A stretch of DNA of 54,338 nt from a virus (Duplodnaviria; Caudoviricetes): positions 1-54,338 of IMG/VR virus record IMGVR_UViG_3300021062_000018, one strand, 5' to 3'. Below the pieces are notes generated by a model. That model was not told the DNA's origin. It did not search any database and saw nothing but the letters and a program-made list of their open reading frames with translations. Positions 46,577 to 54,338 of this stretch are shown in pieces. The stretch's first letter is position 1, and each line of letters begins with the position of its first letter. Position numbers and translations under genes: made by a program.

Positions 46577-47090
46577 CACGCTCGCCGAGGCCCGCCGCGA
46601 CCTCCGCGCCGCCCGCCGGGCCGGGCTCGACGGGGCCAAGCTGCTGACCGCCGTCCGGGCCCACCGGCACGAGCAGTTCCGGCTCGTCAAGCACCTGACG
46701 TGCGTCGGCGGGCTGGCGCTGGCGTGGCTCGTCGAGGGCGGGGCGTGCCCGATCCCGCTGGCCACGATCGCCACGGTCAGCGCCCTGCTGACCTGGACGA
46801 GCCTGCAGGACGTCCACTACCGCCGCCGGATCGACGTCGCCCGCGACCCGCACCGGGCCGGGCCGGTGTCGCCGGTGCAGCTGGCGTGGTCCGGGCTCCT
46901 GGCGGCCGGCGTCGCGGTCGTCGCCGTGCTGCTGATCGCGAACGCGGCGGCCCGGTGGACGGCAGTCGAGGAGAAGCAGGACGCCGGCCGGGAGCGGGTG
47001 CTGCAGGAGCTGGCCGACGTGCGGGCCCGGCTCGAGCGGTGGGAGCGGGAGGACGCCCGCCGCCGCGCGTCGGGGGAGCCACGGGAATGA
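46515..47090 (+). CDS. Multi-pass membrane protein (holin-like?)
   Basis: Three to four hydrophobic segments. Confidence 0.55.
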   Translation: MPILHLICLAVVAAGPLATLSTLAEARRDLRAARRAGLDGAKLLTAVRAHRHEQFRLVKHLTCVGGLALAWLVEGGACPIPLATIATVSALLTWTSLQDVHYRRRIDVARDPHRAGPVSPVQLAWSGLLAAGVAVVAVLLIANAAARWTAVEEKQDAGRERVLQELADVRARLERWEREDARRRASGEPRE

Positions 47091-47260
47091 GCCGCCGGGA
47101 GTACGTGACCGCGGTCCTATGCCTCGCCGGGATCCTCGTCCTCTCGTGGCTGGCGCTGTCGGGCGGCCGCCCCTGACCGTCCACCCGCCGAACCGCCTCG
47201 CCCTCGCCGCCTGGTGCCTCGTCGTGCCGGTGCTGGCGACGCTGGCCGGCTGCTGAACCA

Positions 47261-48622
47261 ATGAACCGCCCCCTCGCCCTGGTCCTCGCCGCCGTCGCCC
47301 TCGCGCTCGTCGCGGCCGACCGCCCGTCGTCGGTGACGCTCACGTACCCGGACGGCTCGACCGTCGTCTACGTGCCCGGCGGGGTCCTGACGCCGGTGCC
47401 GACGACGCCCCCGGTGCCGGTGCCGGCGACGCTCCCGACGACCGACCCGAACGTCGTGCTCGTCGCGCCCGGCCAGAGCTGGGTCGCCGCCGTCCGCGCC
47501 GCCCGTCCGGGCCAGACGGTGCGGCTCCCCGCCGGCGAGGTCCGCGAGCCGCTGACCGACACGACCGTCCGCCCGGCCGCCGGCGTCACGATCGACGGCA
47601 CGGGGACGACGCTCCGGGTGCCCAAGGGCCCCGCCGTCGTCGCCTGGTGCTGGGAGCGGGTGACGATCAAGGGCCTCCGCGTCGTCGCCGACGACCCGGC
47701 CGACCAGGCGGGCGTCCGGCTGTACCAGGCCCGGGGCGTCACGCTCGACGGCTGCGCGGTCACCGGGTTCGCCAAGGGCCTGACGACCGAGGCGGCCGGC
47801 GACGGCCCGGCCCAGCGGGGCGACGGCGTCCGGCTGCTCAACTGCGACTTCAGCGGCAACAGCGCCCGCGGCGGCACCTACCCGGACCGGACCGGCAAGC
47901 CCCAGCGGGTCGTCTCGGCCGGCGTGTACGCGAGCCGGACCGACCGGCTCGAGGTCCGCGGGTGCCGGTTCGCCGACTGCGGCTGGCTCGCCGGCGTGTT
48001 CGCCGGGACGGAGTTCAACCACGCCCTGTACCTCGCCGGCGACTGCGGCCCGGCCAGGGTCGTCGGCAACGTGTTCGCCCGCCCGAGCAGCCACGGGCTG
48101 CAGCTCCGGTGCGGCGGGGACGCGACCGACAACCTGTTCGTCGACTGCCCGATCGGCCTGAGCTTCGCGCTCGTCAACGGCGAGGGCCCGCTGCCGGTCG
48201 GCGGGTGCTCCGGGACGGTCGCCCGGAACCTGTTCGTCGGGACCCGGCTGCTCGCGGGCTCCCCCCGCGGGTGGGCGATCGAGGTCGGTGACAACGTGCT
48301 GTCGGCGACGGTCACCGGGAACGAGGTCCTGATCCCCGTCGCGGCCGCCCCGCCGACCCGCGGGCAGGCGGTCGCCGCGATCAAGGTCGACGTCGGCGCG
48401 CTGAGCGAGAAGAACCCGTTCAAGGGCAAGGGCCTGCGGGCCGTCCGCGACCTGACGGTGTCGGACAACGCGGTGACGCACTTCGCCGGGCCGCTGTGGG
48501 TGCACAAGGACGTCGCCGCGAAGGCGAAGCTGCGGTCGGCCGGCACGCGGCTCGTGACGCAGACCGAGTGGCCGGCGGCCGACCCGAACGTCGAGGCGGC
48601 GGCCCGGGCGCGGGCGCGGTGA
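47261..48622 (+). CDS. Secreted right-handed beta-helix (pectate-lyase-like) protein
   Basis: Signal peptide, Pro/Thr linker, ARPGQTVRLPAG, repeated V.GN.F strands and FNHALYL. Confidence 0.75.
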   Translation: MNRPLALVLAAVALALVAADRPSSVTLTYPDGSTVVYVPGGVLTPVPTTPPVPVPATLPTTDPNVVLVAPGQSWVAAVRAARPGQTVRLPAGEVREPLTDTTVRPAAGVTIDGTGTTLRVPKGPAVVAWCWERVTIKGLRVVADDPADQAGVRLYQARGVTLDGCAVTGFAKGLTTEAAGDGPAQRGDGVRLLNCDFSGNSARGGTYPDRTGKPQRVVSAGVYASRTDRLEVRGCRFADCGWLAGVFAGTEFNHALYLAGDCGPARVVGNVFARPSSHGLQLRCGGDATDNLFVDCPIGLSFALVNGEGPLPVGGCSGTVARNLFVGTRLLAGSPRGWAIEVGDNVLSATVTGNEVLIPVAAAPPTRGQAVAAIKVDVGALSEKNPFKGKGLRAVRDLTVSDNAVTHFAGPLWVHKDVAAKAKLRSAGTRLVTQTEWPAADPNVEAAARARAR

Positions 48623-48625
48623 GGC

Positions 48626-49606
48626 TTACGCCGGCCCGGTGCCCATAGCGTCGCCGACCCGCCGCACGCTCTGCGTCGTCAGATCGACCACCTGACAGTC
48701 AAGGATCAGTTTCAGGCGGTCGTCCCCGCTCGCGAACGTGAGCTGGCCGGCCTCGTCACGGCTGTCGCGGAACCGGCTCGGCATGTAGCCTTCGGCCGCC
48801 GTGAGCCGGCGGAGGCGGCCCGCACAGTCTTCGCGGACGAAGAACGCGTTGCTGCCGGCCGTGTTCGAGCCGACGAACACATACCCGATGGCGGCGGCCA
48901 GATCGCAGAACGCGTTCAGCGACGCTCCCCAAAGCTGGTTGGAGTGGTGTGCCTGGAATCTGGTAAAGGCCGGGTCGTATGGCACCGTCACCTTCGCAGC
49001 CGGCCCGAACACCCCGTTGTACTCGCAGATGACGATGCGGGGCCGGACGACCGAGATCGCCTTCCAGACCCAGTAGTCATTGCCGTCGATATCAACGCTG
49101 AGCAGGCCGATGTCGCCAGAGATGCCGGCGGCGGAGATGAGCCCGTTGATGTTCTCAGCCGTCACGAACGCGTGCGTGGCGGTCAGGTCGTGCTGCCAGG
49201 TGAGCCACGAGTTGCGGATCGATCCGACGTGCTCGATGCTCCCGTCGATGACGAGCCCGCGCCAGTTGCGGTGGGACAGGAGGAACCGGGTATTCGACTC
49301 CCGATAGTCCTCGACGCCGAACTCGACAAACGTCGGGACGGGGACGTCGATGCGGGACACGAGGTACTCGATGATTCCGTCCTCGCCCCACTGCGAGAAG
49401 ACCGCGAACTCGGCCTCGCGTAGCGGGGAGCCGTCCGGGAGCTGGCGGACCCGGGCAGCCTGCCCGACGCCGACCAGCATCCGAAGGCGGTCGAAGTCCC
49501 TGCCCAGCTTCCACACTTCCCCGGGCAGGGAGGCCAGTTCGGGTCCGGCGGCGCCGAGCGTCCGTCGGGCGATGCGACGCGCGAAGCGTGCGAAGGGTCG
49601 GAGCAT
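48626..49606 (-). CDS. FkbM-like SAM-dependent methyltransferase (glycan-associated)
   Basis: Motifs FSQWGEDGII, FVEFGV, LLSVDIDGNDYWVW, EYN and NAFFVR. Confidence 0.85.
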   Translation of the reverse strand: MLRPFARFARRIARRTLGAAGPELASLPGEVWKLGRDFDRLRMLVGVGQAARVRQLPDGSPLREAEFAVFSQWGEDGIIEYLVSRIDVPVPTFVEFGVEDYRESNTRFLLSHRNWRGLVIDGSIEHVGSIRNSWLTWQHDLTATHAFVTAENINGLISAAGISGDIGLLSVDIDGNDYWVWKAISVVRPRIVICEYNGVFGPAAKVTVPYDPAFTRFQAHHSNQLWGASLNAFCDLAAAIGYVFVGSNTAGSNAFFVREDCAGRLRRLTAAEGYMPSRFRDSRDEAGQLTFASGDDRLKLILDCQVVDLTTQSVRRVGDAMGTGPA

Positions 49607-49615
49607 CCCGGGATG

Positions 49616-50796
49616 CTACCGGCCCACGGGCCGTCCCGCACCCGCCGTCGCCGATGCTTGCTCGCCCGTTCCCCGGTTAGCCGGCACGGGCCGTTCCATC
49701 GGGAAGTAGCGCTTCAGCCGCAGGATCGGTCGCTCGAAGAGGTGATAGCTCGCGACCGCCGCGGCCAGCGCCAGCAGACAGCCGCCGGCCAGCACCAGCG
49801 CCGACCACGGGACACCGGGCAGCAGACGCCCAACGAATGGGAGCAGCACCGTGACCGGCAGGTGGTACACGTACAGCCCATAGCTGTACCTGCCAAGAAA
49901 CCGCAGGGGCGGGACCGAGATGGCTCTGCCCGCGATCGACGTCCGGCCGACGGCGACACACAGGACGAGAACCGAGCCTGCGGCCCATCCCACGGCCGGC
50001 AGTCCGTAGAGCATCGTCAGGCGGTCGCCGGCCGGCAGCCCCCGCAGCCGCAACGCGAGAACCACGACCGAGACGGCGGCCGTCGACCCAGTGACCATTG
50101 CCGGCACGACCAACCGCCTGACGCCGACCCACCTAGCCGCGACTGCTACGGCGGCACCGATGGCGATCGTGTCGATCCGGCAGGGAGTCAGCACGTAGGC
50201 GGTGAGTGGCTGGTGTCGCGCGACGAACCAATAGCGGGCAGCAGCGGCCAGAACGCACAGTCCCGCACAGGTGGCGAGTAGCCCACGGCGGCCGAGCAGC
50301 AGAACGACGGCCGGCCTGACGAGGTAGAAGTGCTCCTCGACGGCCAGCGACCAAAGGTGATTAAGGCTGAATCCCCCGGGCGCCTCGTAAACCCACCCGT
50401 GCCGGGCGGTCTCCACGTTCGAAAGGTACGACCACAACCAGAACCCCCGCCCTCTGAAGGTTGCGGCCACCGGCGAGTCGGGCCAAAGGACGCACGCGAC
50501 CGCGACGCCTGCTAGGAGGCCGTAGTAGAGCGGGAAGATCCGTAGCGTGCGGCGGGCGTAGAAGTTCAGGAAGTACCGCCGGCCGCCCTTGGCGTCGAGC
50601 AGGATGCCGGTGATGAGGAGCCGCTTAGGACGAAGAAGAGGTCCACACCGACCCAGAGCGACCCGCCGATCTGGTAGACGGTCTCGCCCGGCGAGCACGC
50701 CCGCTGGAGAAGGTGGGCGAAGACGACGAGCGTCACCGCCACGCCACGTAATCCGTCGAGCGAGGGGATGTGGCCGCGGAGGTTTGGTTCGTTCAT
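49616..50796 (-). pseudogene. Acyltransferase-3 (OafA/YrhL-like) with a 1-nt deletion near 50619
   Basis: LDGLRGVA and GVDLFFVLSG lie in one frame; LITGIL, FYARRTLRIFP, HLWSLAVEEHFY and SYGLYVYH lie in another. Confidence 0.85.
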
Positions 50797-50841
50797 GAGT
50801 GGCGCGTGGCTTGGTGGCTTCCGTGCGGTAGCTTACCGGTC

Positions 50842-51459
50842 ATGGCCGACCACCGCAGCATCGTCCGGACCGCATTGCGAGCGGTCGCTGACCACCTTCA
50901 GCCCGTCCCGCGATCCCGCCGGATCGCGTTCGTCGGCAACTCGTTGGTGCAGGGGCACATGGTCCCGGCCGACGCGAGCCTCCCGGCGCAGGTCGCCGCC
51001 CTGATCGGCCGCCGCTGGCGGGTCGCGAACCTAGGCGTCGGCGGCCAGGTGACCGCCGAGCTGCCCGACGACGTGGGGTGGCGCGGGGTCTGCGTGATCT
51101 GGGAGGGCACGAACGAGCTTGCCGCCGGCGCGACCGCCGACGACGCGTTCGGCCGACTGAGGGACTACTGCTATCGCCAGCGGATCGCGCGCCGTCGCGT
51201 GCTGCTGCTGACGATCCTCCCGCGGCAACAGCCGGGACTGCCGGAAGGCTTCGATGCGGCGCGGGTCAAGGTTAACGACCGTCTGCGCGGCTCCTACTCT
51301 TGGCACCAGTTGATTGACGTAGCCGCGATCCCCTCGCTGAGTGATCCGACCGACGCCCGCTTCTACCACGACGGAATTCATCTGACGCCGGCCGGGTACG
51401 CCCTCGTCGCCGAGCCGGTCGCCCAGGAGATCCGCGAGCCGATCTTCTATCTAACTTGA
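50842..51459 (+). CDS. SGNH/GDSL hydrolase
   Basis: Blocks FVGNSL, NLGVGG, EGTNE and DGIHL. Confidence 0.85.
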   Translation: MADHRSIVRTALRAVADHLQPVPRSRRIAFVGNSLVQGHMVPADASLPAQVAALIGRRWRVANLGVGGQVTAELPDDVGWRGVCVIWEGTNELAAGATADDAFGRLRDYCYRQRIARRRVLLLTILPRQQPGLPEGFDAARVKVNDRLRGSYSWHQLIDVAAIPSLSDPTDARFYHDGIHLTPAGYALVAEPVAQEIREPIFYLT

Positions 51460-53372
51460 CGCTACTCGTCTCCGACACCTTCACCGACTCGGCCGGCCGG
51501 CCGATCACCGCGCACACGCCCGAGCGCGGCGAAGCGGTCGTCGCGGTGGCCGCGTTCACGGCGGCGCTCGCGATCACCGCCGGCGGGCGGATGCGGGCGA
51601 GCCCGGCCGGCTCGAACGTTGTCCGCTACCTGCGGCGGATGGGGCCGGACCAGGTCCTGCGGGCCCGGCTGGTGATCGTCACGCTCGATGCGGGCTCGCA
51701 CCGCGACGCGCTGGCCGCCCGGATCCAGCCGGACGGCTCGCGGTACGTGGCCGGCTACAACGTCGACCGGTGGCGGATCTTCGCGCCGGGCTACAGCGGG
51801 GTCGGCACCGTCACGGTCGAGCCCCTGGTCGACGGGGCGACGTACGACCTCCTGTTCTCCCTGACCGGCCCCGCCCTGACGCTTGAGGTCAGCACGGACG
51901 GCGGAGCGACGTGGGCCCTCAAGGCCGCCGCGAACAGCTCGGCGATCACGAAGGGCGGCCGCGTCGGGTTCGACCTCTACAACGAGGCCGCATACACGGA
52001 CTCCGCCGGCCACCAGTGGGACGACTTCACCGCGGACGGCACGCCCGAGCAGAGCGAGACGCTCGGCGTCGTCGACAGCAGCTACGGGACCGGCACCGGG
52101 GCCTCGGCAGGGAACGACTACCCCACGGTCCTCAAGGGGCTGCTCGCCAAGGAGGCCGTCGAAAACAGGTCCGTCGGCGCGACCTGCGCCCCCGACCAGT
52201 ACGACCAGGTGCTCCTCCTCCGCGTCGCCCCCGACTCGGTCACCGTATGGGGCACGCCGGGGCTGAACGACTACCGGAACAACGGGACCGACGCGGCGAA
52301 GCTCGAGGACTTCGTCGGGTGCTCGCGGGCGATCCTCGTCGTCCTGCTCGTGCCGCGGTCCCGGTTCGCGTTCGCCGGCACGGCCGCCGTCGCGGAGTCC
52401 GGGGCCGGGTGGAGCTCGGCGGGCGTGCTCGGCGGCGTCCGGTTCACGCAGTCTGAGGGTGCGTACGCGGAGGCCGTGCGGTCCGGGCGGACGATCTACG
52501 TCTGCCTGATGCGCGCGGCCGGCCACGGCGGGCTGGCCGAGATCTCCGTCGACGGCGCGGTCGTCCTGAGCGGGGTCGACACCGACTCGTCCACCTCGAC
52601 CACGGCGGCGCCGCCGCGGACGTACCTGCCGTACTGCGTCCGGATCGGCGGGCTGTCGGACGGCGAGCACGTCGTCCGTGTGACGAACGCCAACGGCGGG
52701 TACGTCACCGTCGTCTGGATCGTCGGGGTGGACGGGAGCGACCTGGGGCCGCGGGTGACCGCCGCCCTCGCCCACCGGATCCCCGGCTACGGGGTCGCCC
52801 CCTCGAACGGGTCGGACGCGGCGGCCGACCTGTACCGGTCGGCCCAGTCGGCCCTGTACACGGAGCTCGGCGGTGACGGGCTGGAGCTGTCGGTCGCGGA
52901 CGTGATGCCGGGGCAGGATCAGGGGACCGACTTCGACCCCGACCTCGTCCACGAGAACGACCTCGGCCACGCGAAGCGGGCCGCCGCGCTCGCGAGCCCG
53001 ACCAGCCTCGCGGTCCACGACTCGGTCGCCCCGGCCGCCCCGGCCGGCGGCTCGGCCGCAGTCGCCGCCGCCACGGTCACCGTCACGCACACTTGGACGC
53101 CGGGCGTTGACGAGACGACCGGGCCGGCCGACTGCGTCCACCGGCTGTACCGCGACGGCGTCCTGCTCGGCACGGGGACGTACAGCGGCGGGACCGTGAC
53201 GTACGTCGAGACGGTCGCGGCCGACGAGTCAGAGCACGACTACCACGCGACGACGGTGGACGCGGCGGGCAATGAGTCGGACCCCTCGGCCGAGTGGTCG
53301 GCGACGTACGCGGCGGCCGGCGGCGGCACCGTGTTCGGTCCCGGCGTGTTCGGCCCCAGGCAACTCGGCTGA
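51456..53372 (+). CDS. Putative virion adhesin/spike: beta-sandwich, degenerate SGNH and Ig/Fn3-like domains
   Basis: Motifs SDTFTD, VDSSYG, PGLND, DLVH.NDLGH and VDAAGNES. Confidence 0.65.
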   Translation: MTLLVSDTFTDSAGRPITAHTPERGEAVVAVAAFTAALAITAGGRMRASPAGSNVVRYLRRMGPDQVLRARLVIVTLDAGSHRDALAARIQPDGSRYVAGYNVDRWRIFAPGYSGVGTVTVEPLVDGATYDLLFSLTGPALTLEVSTDGGATWALKAAANSSAITKGGRVGFDLYNEAAYTDSAGHQWDDFTADGTPEQSETLGVVDSSYGTGTGASAGNDYPTVLKGLLAKEAVENRSVGATCAPDQYDQVLLLRVAPDSVTVWGTPGLNDYRNNGTDAAKLEDFVGCSRAILVVLLVPRSRFAFAGTAAVAESGAGWSSAGVLGGVRFTQSEGAYAEAVRSGRTIYVCLMRAAGHGGLAEISVDGAVVLSGVDTDSSTSTTAAPPRTYLPYCVRIGGLSDGEHVVRVTNANGGYVTVVWIVGVDGSDLGPRVTAALAHRIPGYGVAPSNGSDAAADLYRSAQSALYTELGGDGLELSVADVMPGQDQGTDFDPDLVHENDLGHAKRAAALASPTSLAVHDSVAPAAPAGGSAAVAAATVTVTHTWTPGVDETTGPADCVHRLYRDGVLLGTGTYSGGTVTYVETVAADESEHDYHATTVDAAGNESDPSAEWSATYAAAGGGTVFGPGVFGPRQLG

Positions 53373-54115
53373 TGCTCTACGCCCCCGGCGACACCTTCAC
53401 GAAGCTCTTCCCCACCCGGGGCACGGCGGGCTCGGCGAATGCCGACGGTACGCCTACGGCGGGGCTGTACCGGAACGGCGCGGTCGACGGGACGGTGATA
53501 CTAACGGTCGCCAACGTGGCGACGGGGCTCTACAGGGTGACGGGGACGATCCCGGGCGCGTATGCGGCGGACGACGAGGTCGCGGTCGTGGGCACGGCCA
53601 CGGTCGGCGGGACGACGGACAAGATCGTGATCGACCTGGGGCGGCTGGTGCCGGTCACAGACGGGTTCACGAGCGACGACCGGGAGGCACTCGCCCAGGT
53701 CAAGGCCCAGACGGACCTGATCACCACCGGGGCGCTACAGCACTTCGGGGCCGTCTCCGGAACGTCCCTCACGCTGCACCAGGGCGACAGCTACGGCACG
53801 ACCAGCGGCGAGCAGCTCCCGTTCGCCAAGCCGAGCGGGGCGAGCTGGCCCGACCTGACCGACGGCTGGGCGGTGACGTTCGTCGCCCGGTACGCCAGCG
53901 ACGACGCCGCCGACGGGACGGTGGTGCTGAGCAAGGTCTGCACGGTCACCGGGGCCTCGGGCTTCCGGCTGGACTTGGCCAGCAGCGACACCAGCGGGCT
54001 CGCCGCGGGCTCCGGGGCCTGGGAGTGGCAGGCGGTGGCCGCCAAGACCGGAAGCCTCGCCAAGACGCTTCGGGAGGGGACGATGAGCGTCGTGGAGCGG
54101 GTGACCGTGGCGTGA
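53372..54115 (+). CDS. Putative virion structural protein (Ig-like modules)
   Basis: TGATG coupling; motifs ATGLYRV, LTLHQGDSY and DLTDGW. Confidence 0.6.
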   Translation: MLYAPGDTFTKLFPTRGTAGSANADGTPTAGLYRNGAVDGTVILTVANVATGLYRVTGTIPGAYAADDEVAVVGTATVGGTTDKIVIDLGRLVPVTDGFTSDDREALAQVKAQTDLITTGALQHFGAVSGTSLTLHQGDSYGTTSGEQLPFAKPSGASWPDLTDGWAVTFVARYASDDAADGTVVLSKVCTVTGASGFRLDLASSDTSGLAAGSGAWEWQAVAAKTGSLAKTLREGTMSVVERVTVA

Positions 54116-54181
54116 GGTGAAAAACGCTCGTAAGTCCTTATGGGGAAAGGCTGCCATTCCGGCACCACGCCACCCTGTCGC

Positions 54182-54225
54182 GGGTCCTTCCTAGGGGGCC
54201 GGCCGGGGTGCGGGTAAGCGGCGGC
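54182..54225 (+). promoter_or_regulatory. Putative cos site (cosQ plus cosN)
   Basis: GGGTCCT at 54182-54188 equals lambda cosQ; the lambda spacing of 23 nt predicts a nick before 54212; the site is just upstream of the terminase genes. Confidence 0.72.
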
Positions 54226-54338
54226 CGAAAGTCTCGCACACGCACCGGGTGGACTCGGGCTTCCACCACCGCAAGAACCGCGTTTGGACGCAATGAGCAA
54301 GGGTGATGGGGCCTTCTGGCTGGCGAGGACGCAGGCGG
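54213..54338 (+). repeat. Terminal direct repeat, copy 2
   Basis: Identical to bases 2-127. Confidence 0.95.

Larger units (their letters stand above)
1..54338. mobile_element. Complete temperate siphovirus-like phage genome (about 54,211 bp unique), probable Planctomycetota host
   Basis: Packaging, head, tail, lysogeny and replication modules are all present, with terminal redundancy. Host inferred from the integrase motifs QNLR/WLGNS, a CsrA-like gene, Cys-rich tail genes and APATxPA secreted proteins. Confidence 0.92.

Noticed and set aside
49602-49617. 16-bp palindrome AGCATCCCGGGATGCT as an operator
   Set aside because: Single occurrence spanning a stop codon and a start codon; may be coincidental.
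54213-54338. 126-bp terminal repeat as a biological direct terminal repeat
   Set aside because: The length fits a k=127 assembler overlap, and a GpA terminase with cosQ implies cohesive ends.

Overview
The window is an apparently complete, very GC-rich temperate tailed-phage genome of about 54.2 kb. Bases 2-127 recur at 54213-54338, and the contig break falls on a lambda-type cos site. Gene order: Nu1/GpA terminase, lambda-like portal, S49 protease, Mu gpT-like capsid and a non-contractile tail module (1-16.8 kb); moron genes (16.8-20.6 kb); an operon of four RecT/Bet-like paralogues (20.9-23.5 kb); a lower-GC ParA-X-HEPN-like operon downstream of a ribbon-helix-helix repressor switch (23.6-26.8 kb); an early operon with an annealing protein, a structured intergenic RNA candidate, a CsrA-like gene, xis-int with attP inside int, a RecU-like nuclease, SSB, primase, D5 helicase and an iteron origin (26.8-36 kb); accessory genes including a methylase, a receiver domain and a J-domain protein (36-45 kb); and a membrane/lysis-like cluster with glycan-modifying and adhesin genes (45-54 kb). 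The host is inferred, from motifs only, to be Planctomycetota, possibly Phycisphaerae. Main observations: an ORF-less group I intron in a tail-region gene, the truncated acidic Bet paralogue array, attP inside the integrase gene and the early operon, the candidate ParA-X-HEPN defence operon, a Zn-finger tail-chaperone frameshift product, and a structured RNA next to an insertion-bearing CsrA. All family calls come from motif recognition by eye; no searches or folding programs were run.
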